DNA of 36,711 bases from Theionarchaea archaeon. Its GTDB lineage: Archaea > Methanobacteriota_B > Thermococci > Methanofastidiosales > SZ-28-30. The position numbers were made by a program, and so were the translations under genes. The notes under the pieces are model-generated. The model worked only from the letters and a program-made list of their open reading frames with translations, searched no databases and was not told where the DNA came from. The first letter of the stretch is position 1; every line of letters begins with the position of its first letter. Below, piece after piece: positions 28,600-36,711 of the stretch. Where the stretch lies: the NCBI GenBank assembly GCA_018992565.1, contig JACVGW010000001.1, positions 1-36,711 on the forward strand, written 5' to 3'.

Positions 28600-29259
28600 A
28601 TGTCTGCAATTACCTGTACATCACTTACAAAAACCCTGGACAAGAATTCTGTGGTGGATGATATCACCTTTGAAGTTGAAGAAGGTACCATCGCAGGTAT
28701 TCTGGGTGAAGACGGTGCTGGAAAGACTACATTGCTGAAGCTTATCACTGGACTGTTGAAACCTACATCGGGGACATGCACACTCTTTGATGCTGACGTA
28801 ACCCGGAATCCCGCCAAAGCATTGAAAGGTGTGGGTTGCATGGTAGGGGAGCCTGCATTCTATCAGGATTTGACTGCCCAGAAAAATCTGGAATTGTTTG
28901 CTGCCCTGTTCCAGACAGGTCCTGATGAAGTCATTGATCTTCTTGACATCACCTTCCCATCCACCAAGGTCCGATATTTGTCTTCCACCATGAAGAAACT
29001 CCTGGGGATTGCTGCTGCCCTTCTTGGAGAGCCCAGGTTGCTCATTCTGGACGAACCTCTGGCCCTCACTCCATCGTTTCGGGATCATGTGAAAAACTTG
29101 CTGAAGGAACAAAAAGAAAAAGGAAATACTGTCCTGGTTACCACATGCATTCCTGCTGACCTCAAGGAGCTGGCATCGTACGGTGTGGTCATCAGAGAAG
29201 GAAAACCTGTATCTCAAGGAGCAATCAAGAACCTTGATCTCAAGGGGGTGAATCCATGA
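28600..29259 (+). CDS. ABC transporter ATP-binding protein (degenerate motifs)
   Basis: Walker A GEDGAGKTT, Walker B LILDEP. Signature LSSTMKK. TTC at the H-loop position. Confidence 0.85.
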   Translation: MSAITCTSLTKTLDKNSVVDDITFEVEEGTIAGILGEDGAGKTTLLKLITGLLKPTSGTCTLFDADVTRNPAKALKGVGCMVGEPAFYQDLTAQKNLELFAALFQTGPDEVIDLLDITFPSTKVRYLSSTMKKLLGIAAALLGEPRLLILDEPLALTPSFRDHVKNLLKEQKEKGNTVLVTTCIPADLKELASYGVVIREGKPVSQGAIKNLDLKGVNP

Positions 29260-30005
29260 ATGTATACCGTGTGATGAGATTTGAAACCAGTAAGCTATTC
29301 AGACAGAAAGCCGCTCATGCAGGCCTCATCGTTGTTTTTCTGGTGTGTTGCATGTACTCTGTGATAAACTGGATGACCCGCCCTGTAGGGTCTTACAGTG
29401 GAATAATGATTATCACTGACAACATCAGTCTCCAGAACAGCCTTCTTATTCTGCCCTTCCTGGCTGTTCTAATAGCGGCTACCTCCATCTGTGTGGAGCA
29501 GTCTTCTGGGACCCTGCGAACCCTGTTCACCAGGCCAGTGAAACGAGACAATGTGATAACAGGCAAGTTCCTGGCTATATTCCTGTATATGTGCCTGATT
29601 GTGTATGGAATCGCACTGATATCCTTCTTGTTCGCCATCAGATGGGGATTTCCTGAAGACTTCATATCCTTTATCCCCAGGCTGTTGCTGATCTGCCTCG
29701 TATATATCCTGATCAACATGGTAGTGGTGGCTTTCACCTTTGTGGTAGCATCTCAGACGACCAGCATTGCGCTTACCGCTCTGGCGTCCATAGGATTCTA
29801 TGTCATTTCAATGCTTGTAGAATTCTTCAGCCAGGTCCAGACATACACCTTTCTCAATAATGCCCAGACCCTGCTTCAGATGCTGCTTGGAGGACCATTT
29901 GAATTGAGGTCTGCCTATTTTTCCGTAGGAATAATCTTTATCTATATAGTGGGTCTTCTGCTGATAGCCTCCCTCCTGTGGGAAAAGAGAGATATCATGT
30001 CCTGA
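29256..30005 (+). CDS. ABC-2 type transporter permease
   Basis: EQSSGTLRTLFTRPVKR...GKF motif, six TM helices, C-terminal KRDI. ATGA overlap with the ATPase. Confidence 0.88.
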   Translation: MNVYRVMRFETSKLFRQKAAHAGLIVVFLVCCMYSVINWMTRPVGSYSGIMIITDNISLQNSLLILPFLAVLIAATSICVEQSSGTLRTLFTRPVKRDNVITGKFLAIFLYMCLIVYGIALISFLFAIRWGFPEDFISFIPRLLLICLVYILINMVVVAFTFVVASQTTSIALTALASIGFYVISMLVEFFSQVQTYTFLNNAQTLLQMLLGGPFELRSAYFSVGIIFIYIVGLLLIASLLWEKRDIMS

Positions 30006-30290
30006 ACCTGCGGACTATAGATTGCCCATTCCATTTGGAGAGAATGGGCTTTTTTCATCATTAATTGCTCCAAAAGCTCCAGAGACAAATACGTAGAAGA
30101 AGATGCTTTCTGGATGAACGCAACTTACCAGCAGGAATGGAAATTCTTCAAAAAATCTGGAAATTCTCTCATTTTCGTATGTTCTTCTATAAGCAATAAA
30201 CCAAGAATCTCGCAAGAAGACTTGAACACTTGTACCATCATGCAAACATTTATATACCGATTTTGACCTCTCCAATATGGAGGAAAAGAC

Positions 30291-30431
30291 GAGAGACGAG
30301 ATACTGTGTGTTTCCACGGGGTTCACCGGGCCCCCTTTGAGGCAAGAAAGCGGTCCAATATGCCTCGGTTGTGGTGGCATTCTGGTCGTTGAGCCTTTTC
30401 TCACAGTATTTCTCTCCAGAGGTGAGAGAAA
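30291..30431 (+). promoter_or_regulatory. Candidate structured 5' leader RNA of the GH3-like gene
   Basis: Nested stems 30293-30308/30402-30416, 30309-17/30371-79, 30318-24/30328-34 and 30339-44/30361-66. TATA tttatata at 30249-30256. Confidence 0.5.
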
Positions 30432-31630
30432 TGAGTTCCGTTCTAAATGTACTGCAGTGCGTTGATGATCCCTCCTGGATAAGAAGACCAGGAGAAACGC
30501 AGGAGAAAGTTCTTGAGGAAATTGTTCATGAGAATGTGAGTACTCGGTTTGGGAGGGAGTACCTGTTTAGAGAGATCAGAAGTACAGAGGATTTCAGAAA
30601 GTCTGTCCCCTTTTCTATGTACTGCGATGTTGAACCCTACATACAGAGGATGATGTGTGGGGAAAACGATGCTCTGATTACAGAACACACAGCAGCCTGG
30701 ATTGAGTCCGTTGGACTCAATAAGAAGCCAAAACTGATTCCGTACACACAGGATATGGCTGGTGGGTTCAGGGATGCATTTTTGAGGTTGTTTGCTTCCA
30801 GAGCAGAAGACTGGGCATATGTTTCAGGGAATGTGATTGCTGGGCTGGAACACCCACACATGGTAAGGGGAAATCCAGCTGGGGATATACTTGCTCTGGG
30901 AAGCAGTACACTGAAATCTACCCCTGTACTGGGAAGGGTGATCACTCCCCAGTTGCCAGAATCCGAAATTGATTGGAAAAAGAGATGGAAGAGAGCTATT
31001 CAGCAAGTTTCGAGACAGAATGTGATATCTGCCATTGTTGACCCAGTGCTCTTTTTGAAGTTTTTGCGCATGGTTCAGTCGGACAATGAGACAGTTGACA
31101 TTCGTCAATTGTGGCCTGACTTCTCCTTGGTAGTAACGACTGTAAGCGCAAGGCCATTCGAGAATGTGCTCAAGTCCCTCCTGGGCCAAGTGGAGTTCCG
31201 GAGGCTGTACTGCACTGATGAGGTTGTGGTAGGTGTTCAGCTGGATGAGAAAGGTATTGTACCCTTGCTTGACCACTGTTTTCTGGAATTCATCCCGTTG
31301 AACCAGTGGAGAGAGATGGAGCTCGAAGGAGGAACCTACAGGGAATATGACTTCGACATTGAGACAATGGAGACTGCAATTCCCGGGGAAGAATATGTTC
31401 TGGTGATGACTACATCCGGCCTATACCGATATATCCCGGGAGACACAGTTGCCATGGTCGACAATCTACACATAGAGCCCACTGGATTCATTGATGAATG
31501 GGCAGTCCTTCCAGAGACAGAGATAATGCAACAGATCGTACTGCTGAGAGAAGTAGCACGAGACAGTGCTGATTCACACCAGCTGGTAGCTGTGGAGTCT
31601 GAACCCTTGAGGTATCTCTTCAGAATCTGA
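30431..31630 (+). CDS. GH3 (auxin-responsive acyl-acid amido synthetase) family protein, degenerate and short
   Basis: Q..VL..I...N.ST.FGREY.F..I....DFRK.VP...Y....PYI.R, K.IP.T, FLEFIP, GLYRY..GD. SD gaggtga before ATG 30431. Confidence 0.75.
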   Translation: MSSVLNVLQCVDDPSWIRRPGETQEKVLEEIVHENVSTRFGREYLFREIRSTEDFRKSVPFSMYCDVEPYIQRMMCGENDALITEHTAAWIESVGLNKKPKLIPYTQDMAGGFRDAFLRLFASRAEDWAYVSGNVIAGLEHPHMVRGNPAGDILALGSSTLKSTPVLGRVITPQLPESEIDWKKRWKRAIQQVSRQNVISAIVDPVLFLKFLRMVQSDNETVDIRQLWPDFSLVVTTVSARPFENVLKSLLGQVEFRRLYCTDEVVVGVQLDEKGIVPLLDHCFLEFIPLNQWREMELEGGTYREYDFDIETMETAIPGEEYVLVMTTSGLYRYIPGDTVAMVDNLHIEPTGFIDEWAVLPETEIMQQIVLLREVARDSADSHQLVAVESEPLRYLFRI

Positions 31631-31914
31631 GTCCATCCAACTACAGTGGAAGAACAATGTACGTGCCACAGCGTGCAAGAGAGAACAATACTGTGAGGGA
31701 TATATGGTCTTTCTTATAGATGTGTGCAGTCTATCGTTACAGGATTCTTATTGAGAACCCGGCAATCGGTTCCCACAAAAGTGCTTGTTATTAACTTGGA
31801 TTTTTTAATTCCTCTTAATCTCAAGGATGTTGGAGATGGGTTGCCCACACTTTCTAAGTACTAAGTAATTTACCCTAGAATGCTGGCTGTCTTGTCTTAC
31901 TATATACACTTTCT

Positions 31915-32024
31915 ACAAAGAAAGGGGGAATGAAAGAGTGGGATTGAGAACAAGACGAAGGAGGTGAAATCCATGGAAGTGGTAACTTGTTTTCTTCCCA
32001 CTCTTTGGAGTTGTTACTCCGCAT
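31915..32024 (-). ncRNA. Candidate hairpin sRNA copy 1 (anti-SD-like loop)
   Basis: Stem 31933-31954/31986-32006 around a 31-nt loop. Upstream minus-strand caaaagtttaaaaaggg (32039-32055). Pyrimidine-rich 3' end. Confidence 0.55.
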
Positions 32025-32253
32025 ATTCTTTGTCATGTCCCTTTTTAAACTTTTGCAGTATTTAATACCCGCCACATCATCATTGTTTCTGTAGTTTTTA
32101 CTCGAACCCGCAAAAAGTGCAAAAGTACCTTCCAGAAAATAGTCACGAGTATTCTTTTTTCTGGGAAAAGTCTGTGAGAAGAAGGATTGAGAAGAGTGGG
32201 GATTAAATAAACAAGACGAAGGAGGTGAAATCCATGGAAGTGGTAACTTGTTT
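31949..32253. repeat. 44-nt exact direct repeat (31949-31992 and 32210-32253)
   Basis: aacaagacgaaggaggtgaaatccatggaagtggtaacttgttt occurs twice, 261 nt apart. Confidence 0.97.
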
Positions 32254-32287
32254 ACCCACTCTCCTCAGTGTTTAACTACAGTTGCAT
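32160..32287 (-). ncRNA. Candidate hairpin sRNA copy 2 (anti-SD-like loop)
   Basis: Stem 32188-32215/32247-32267 around the same 31-nt loop. Upstream minus-strand caaagacttaaaaaggg (32299-32315). Confidence 0.55.
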
Positions 32288-32505
32288 ATTGGTGTTACCC
32301 CTTTTTAAGTCTTTGTAACGCTAATATAATCAAATTTTCGAAATTGAAATATCTGACCTATTTTGTGGTTTAAAGTACACATTATTTCACAATCAGATAT
32401 TATACCTGGATCACTCCACCTCAAAGCGATTTATCTGCTCATGACTTGAATATTCGCCTGTACCATCAGAGTTGCTCTTAACCACTATCAGAGACCTGCA
32501 TGTGT

Positions 32506-33036
32506 CTATTCCTGGACAAACTGCCATTCACACCATACATCTCCCGTATGTTCATCGGGAGGACACTTTATGCAGTTGCACATGATATGAGGGTTGATCT
32601 CTCTCGCAAAATTGGAAAGGTAGCTAAATCTCACCTGTTTACACGGGAACTCTGGAAATCCCTTCTTTAATCGGGTTAATTGTGTCCTGCAGTTGAGGAT
32701 CTTCAGAATACCTATACCATTTTCTACGGTAATGATTTTTTCGTGCTGATCAAGGGCCCAGCTCGTGTGGTGCAAAGCATTCATGAGAGTAGTGACAGAA
32801 AAATCTTTCATGTTCAGGATGCCTTTGAGGGCCTTTGCCTCAAGGGTTCCCATGATATTCCACACTTCAGCATCAATTTCTGCCGCGGCCTCTGTGCCAA
32901 ACCGGTTCTCAATACCAAGGAAGTACAACCCATCTACTCTCCAAATATTCCGGTTATTGAACATCATGATCTCGATCAGCTTGTCTTCAGGTAATGCTTC
33001 CAGCATGTTTCTATCTTCGTCACTGACGTATGACAT
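32506..33036 (-). CDS. DUF6125-like protein
   Basis: WRVDGLYFLGIE.RFG.EAA.EID..VW; CRTQ..R.KKG..EFPCK; C.KCPPDEH...WCEW. SD aggtggtga supports start 33036 (ORF is open from 33069). Confidence 0.7.
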   Translation of the reverse strand: MSYVSDEDRNMLEALPEDKLIEIMMFNNRNIWRVDGLYFLGIENRFGTEAAAEIDAEVWNIMGTLEAKALKGILNMKDFSVTTLMNALHHTSWALDQHEKIITVENGIGILKILNCRTQLTRLKKGFPEFPCKQVRFSYLSNFAREINPHIMCNCIKCPPDEHTGDVWCEWQFVQE

Positions 33037-33131
33037 TGAGTCACCACCTGTGGCTCCACCCTTCACCATATAAGTGTTGCCCTCTTAGCCTCTCAACCGA
33101 GTCTGAACAGGTCAATTGAAGGGAGTGCACG

Positions 33132-34430
33132 TCACAGCCCACCCCAGGCTGCAGCATGCTGTCTCCACTGCGGAAATCGCCGTGGGTCCTTTGGATACCG
33201 ATCATAGATAGCTCTCAAAATGCTCATTCTACCCACAGCACGTCCAAGCTTGAAAAGGAGGGACGGATTTCTTGCTGCATTGGCCGCTGTGGTCAAGATG
33301 GTCTTCAAAGTGTAGGAGGGTTCGTTTTCTTCCAGCTCATACAGCACTTCATCGGTAATGACATTCTGCAGCAGTAATTTGAGTTCCTTAACTGAGAGAG
33401 ACACCATGAAATCTCTCAGAGGTAGTAGTGATCCAAAAATCCTCCCAAATTTCTGCATGAAATCATAGTTGTACTTCCACAGAGCCGCCACAGAGACATC
33501 CTTGCGGCGAATTGCCTCCACTGCCGTTGTGACTGCCATATGTCCTGCATTCAGGGAGGGAGCTATTCCCTCTCCCGTGAGAGGATTTGCTTGCCCCGCA
33601 GCGTCACCACACACCAGCAGGCCTGGCGCCACCATGGAAGAAAGAGGAGCTCCCAGAGGAAGAGCACCATAGCCCGTGCTATTCTTTTCCTTGACCCTGA
33701 AACACGGATAGGATTTCAAAACCTGATTCACTGCCTTCCTAAAAGGAGCACAATGAAGTGCCATTCCCCCGGCCCCCACATTCAGTTCACACTTGCCCTT
33801 GGGAAAGAACCAGAAGTACCCTGAAGGCACAATAGAATTATCAAAAATGATGGCGGCATATTCCTTGGGAATTGGCTCTTCCAGAATGACGTTCTCCTTG
33901 TATCCCAATCCGATAGATGACGAGCTGCCAAGTCCCTGCCAGAGTCCCCTGCTGAGAGCGGAGAAAACACCGCTGCAATCCACGGTTAATGTCCCGTAAT
34001 AGGACCTGCCATGGGTCTTAACGCCATGCACTCCATTTCTCCATACAGGCCCCGTTACAACTTCATGGCAGAATTCTGCACCTCTTCTGAGAAGTTCCTT
34101 CATCATGACTTGCCCAAATTGCCATCTGTCAATAGTGCACAGGGGATCCCTCACTCGAGCTACGCCCTGCGTACTGTCTACATATCCAGAGAGGGTGCAA
34201 ATCTCCAGACCTTTCAAGGAATAATAATCAAGAGAAATACTGAATTCTTTCTCAAGCCACTTCACCATCTTCAATGGTGCTAGCTCTCCACATATCTTCC
34301 TGCCAACGAATTCGCTCTTTTTTCGCTCAATAATGCAGACGGTCAGGTCTTCCTTCAACGCAGTTAACCCAGCTGCTGCTCCTGCCATTCCGCAGCCTAC
34401 AATTATGAGATCATATGAGTCCTTCGTCAT
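33132..34430 (-). CDS. Geranylgeranyl reductase-family FAD oxidoreductase
   Basis: YDLIIVGCGMAG, KICGE, PSGYFWFFPKG (PxxYxWxFP), GDAAGQANPLTGEGI. Confidence 0.88.
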   Translation of the reverse strand: MTKDSYDLIIVGCGMAGAAAGLTALKEDLTVCIIERKKSEFVGRKICGELAPLKMVKWLEKEFSISLDYYSLKGLEICTLSGYVDSTQGVARVRDPLCTIDRWQFGQVMMKELLRRGAEFCHEVVTGPVWRNGVHGVKTHGRSYYGTLTVDCSGVFSALSRGLWQGLGSSSSIGLGYKENVILEEPIPKEYAAIIFDNSIVPSGYFWFFPKGKCELNVGAGGMALHCAPFRKAVNQVLKSYPCFRVKEKNSTGYGALPLGAPLSSMVAPGLLVCGDAAGQANPLTGEGIAPSLNAGHMAVTTAVEAIRRKDVSVAALWKYNYDFMQKFGRIFGSLLPLRDFMVSLSVKELKLLLQNVITDEVLYELEENEPSYTLKTILTTAANAARNPSLLFKLGRAVGRMSILRAIYDRYPKDPRRFPQWRQHAAAWGGL

Positions 34431-34784
34431 TTCACCATTTAATTAGAGACTACTGCTTAAAAATGTTTTTATTTAATAATTGGGGCTTGCAAAATCCTTA
34501 ATCAACTTGATGATTCTCTCTAATTCTTCACATAATACAAAAGATGCTGCAATAAAGTTCTGAGATTGTTGTAAACTTTCTATGGCATCGTGCTGGAGGA
34601 ACCTTTACAACTGCAAAAGCTCACAGCCCCTCCAAATCTTGCCTACCCAGTGGAGCCGACTTACTGGCGAAAGAGCACAGAATATTGGCATATTCAGCTC
34701 GCTTGTCTATTCTCTTGGAGCCCACTGTCAGGTCAGTGCAAAAGATTTATTACAGCGTGAGTAGTATGCTGTGGAGGTTACAAC

Positions 34785-35879
34785 ATGAGATCGAGAGTTC
34801 AAGCCCTTGCAAAGACGTATGACCCTGATAACGTTCATATCGGTGTACTGGGTTCCCATTCTGCCCTTGAAGTTGGGTATGGGGCCCGGGAGGAAGGATT
34901 CAAGACTGTCGTAGTCTGTCAGAAAGGGCGGGAAAAAACCTATACCAAAAGGTTCAGGAACCTGTTTGATGAAGTCATTCTCCTAGAGAAGTTCTCTCAT
35001 ATTTCATCTCCTGATACTGTAGAAAAACTCAAGAACTTGAATACAATCTTTGTTCCAAATAGATCATTCTCAGTATACTGTGGATATGACAACATTGAGA
35101 CCACGTTTGAGGTTCCCTTGTTCGGAGCACGTCAAATGCTTCGGGCTGAAGAAAGAGATGTGCCCAAGAACCAGTACTACCTCATGGAGAAGTCAGGTGT
35201 TCCCTTTCCCAGAATAATAGAGACTCCCAACCATATTGACAGGTTAGTCATGGTGAAGTTGTCCCAGGCCAAGAAAAGGGTGGAGCGAGGATTTTTCACC
35301 TGCGCGTCATTCGAGGAATATACACGGAAATCTGAAGACCTTATCAAGAAAGGATTGATCCTGAAAGAAGACCTGGAAAAAGCAGTCATTGAGGAGTTTG
35401 TGGTGGGAGCGCTGTTCAATCTAGATTATTTCTATTCCCCCTTACATGATGACATTGAGTTCATGGGAGCAGACCAACGAATAGAAACAGACATTGAAGG
35501 AGTGCTCCATATGACAGCTGAAGAACAAAAAGCCTTTTCCAGGACTCCAACCGTCATACCCATTGGACACAGAGGACTAACGGTGCGGGAATCACAGCTG
35601 GACACTGTGTTTGAACTGGGAGAGAAATTCGCTAAAACGTGTAAGCAGGAATATCCTCCTGGAATATTCGGATGTTTCGCATTGCAGGGTGTGTTTGACA
35701 GAGATTTGAAATTCTATACTTTCGATGTGTCATTACGAGTGCCGGGAGCGCCAATTCTTCTGACCAGCTCTCCCTATACCATGTACAAGTATGGGGTGCA
35801 GATGAGTGTGGGTCGGCGCATCGCTATGGAAATCCGGGAAGCGGTGGATGCGGGGCGGTTATCAGACTGTGTCACATGA
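34785..35879 (+). CDS. purP: PurP-family formate-phosphoribosylaminoimidazolecarboxamide ligase (ATP-grasp)
   Basis: GSHSALEV..GAREEGFKT, FVPNRSF..Y, ERGFF, PPGIFG.F.LQ, MSVGRRIAMEI. SD ggaggt. Confidence 0.88.
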   Translation: MRSRVQALAKTYDPDNVHIGVLGSHSALEVGYGAREEGFKTVVVCQKGREKTYTKRFRNLFDEVILLEKFSHISSPDTVEKLKNLNTIFVPNRSFSVYCGYDNIETTFEVPLFGARQMLRAEERDVPKNQYYLMEKSGVPFPRIIETPNHIDRLVMVKLSQAKKRVERGFFTCASFEEYTRKSEDLIKKGLILKEDLEKAVIEEFVVGALFNLDYFYSPLHDDIEFMGADQRIETDIEGVLHMTAEEQKAFSRTPTVIPIGHRGLTVRESQLDTVFELGEKFAKTCKQEYPPGIFGCFALQGVFDRDLKFYTFDVSLRVPGAPILLTSSPYTMYKYGVQMSVGRRIAMEIREAVDAGRLSDCVT

Positions 35880-36711
35880 AATATGTGCTGGCAGGGTTGT
35901 CCACACGTGCAGTAGCAGAATCTGCAGTAAGAGCAGGGAAAGACTGTGTAGCAGTAGATTTCTTTGGAGACCTTGATCTGGAGTCTGTTTGCAGGACGAT
36001 ATCACTGCGGCGTAGATTTGGTGTATCACTGGGCTCATTCAGCCCATACTTTTTTTTGAGGGGTGCTCGGTTGGTTGATGCAGATTGCTTGATATTTGTG
36101 AGTCCTCTTGAGAANNNNNNNNNNNNNNNNNNNNNNNNNNNNNNNNNNNNNNNNNNNNNNNNNNNNNNNNNNNNNNNNNNNNNNNNNNNNNNNNNNNNNN
36201 NNNNNNNNNNNNNNATTTGGTGTATCACTGGGCTCATTCAGCCCATACTTTTTTTTGAGGGGTGCTCGGTTGGTTGATGCAGATTGCTTGATATTTGTGA
36301 GTCCTCTTGAGAACTATCCTCATATTCTTCAAAGATTCTCAGAATGCTATGAAATCATAGGAAATAACGCAGAGACGGTCAAGAAGGTAAGGGAATGGAA
36401 AAGTGTGTGTCAGGTGTGCAGCCAGCACAATATCAAGGTACCCAGAACCTGCAATGGCCACAACTACATAGTCAAACCGAAGAAGAGTGGGGGGGGCATG
36501 AAAATTCACAGGCTGTCTTCATATGTCATACAGGAATTGGTGAAGGGAGAGCCTTATTCAGTATCATTCCTAGGAGATGGTGAAAATGCACAGGTGCTGT
36601 CAGTCAATGAACAGCTCATCGGCAGGGGAGAGTTCGGGGCACGAGAATTCTGGTATTGTGGAAACATCACTCCTGGCTTTCCGGGAGAACATGCACGTGC
36701 AGTTGTGGATT
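35876..36711 (+). CDS. ATP-grasp domain protein (predicted carboligase); crosses the assembly gap and runs off the window end
   Basis: GLSTRAVAESA..AG...AVDFFGDLDL. After collapsing the duplicated gap flanks the frame continues PLENYPHIL...IIGNNAETV...IVKPKKSGGG...IQELVKGEPYSVSF...NEQLIG...FWYCGNITP without a stop. Confidence 0.8.
36016..36313. other. Assembly gap (100 N, 36115-36214) flanked by an identical 99-nt duplication
   Basis: 36016-36114 is identical to 36215-36313. Confidence 0.95.

Noticed and set aside
30015..30404. 129-aa minus-strand ORF
   Set aside because: Antisense to the GH3 promoter/leader, with no motif or start signals.
31973..32065. Cys-rich 30-aa peptide MEVVTCFLPTLWSCYSAYSLSCPFLNFCSI behind a perfect SD (RiPP precursor idea)
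   Set aside because: Copy 2 shifts frame and stops after 13 aa, and no modifying enzymes are adjacent. Kept only as an alternative to the sRNA model.
31875..32075. 66-aa minus-strand ORF
   Set aside because: It overlaps the hairpin unit and its TATA box, and has no SD or recognisable motif.
31949..32253. Mini CRISPR array interpretation of the 44-nt repeat
   Set aside because: Only two copies, 217 nt between them, similarity extends into the flanks, and there are no cas genes.
34582..34764. Possible purine/ZTP riboswitch or 60-aa ORF upstream of purP
   Set aside because: Only a short ccagt/actgg hairpin, no recognisable consensus, and a TATA-like box at ~34747 implies a short leader.
36016..36313. 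99-nt exact direct repeat around the N run
   Set aside because: Overlapping contig ends at a scaffold gap. Collapsing it restores one continuous ATP-grasp frame, so it is an artefact.

Overview
Archaeal chromosomal segment (TFB gene, TATA/BRE-type promoters, GGAGGTGA/GGTGA ribosome-binding sites, many apparently leaderless genes, plus a bacterial-type gyrA). A gyrase-bearing euryarchaeal lineage such as Theionarchaea/Methanofastidiosia is plausible but is inference only. The window holds about 31 protein genes: a partial presenilin-like protease, a membrane EEP-domain protein, Sir2, an aIF2B-like protein, a complete bacillithiol operon (bshC-bshB1-bshA) led by a TrmB-like effector-domain gene, TFB, gyrA-glmM-glmU-like, HAD/wHTH/UPF0148, GNATs, a UbiA prenyltransferase, an OYE-type flavoenzyme, PEGA and TPR proteins, a solo HEPN, a degenerate ABC pair, a degenerate GH3, DUF6125, a geranylgeranyl reductase, PurP, and an ATP-grasp gene crossing an assembly gap. 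The most striking unexplained signals are non-coding. (1) Two tandem hairpin units (31.9-32.3 kb) have diverged stems but share an identical 44-nt core whose loop is an extended Shine-Dalgarno+ATG (anti-SD mimic on the minus strand); each unit has its own minus-strand TATA box. (2) A multi-stem leader upstream of the GH3 gene has a mutually exclusive SD-enclosing hairpin. (3) A palindrome-rich intergenic region lies between an HTH regulator and a small protein. No CRISPR array, tRNA, rRNA or mobile element was seen. All family calls come from motif recognition by eye, not database searches.
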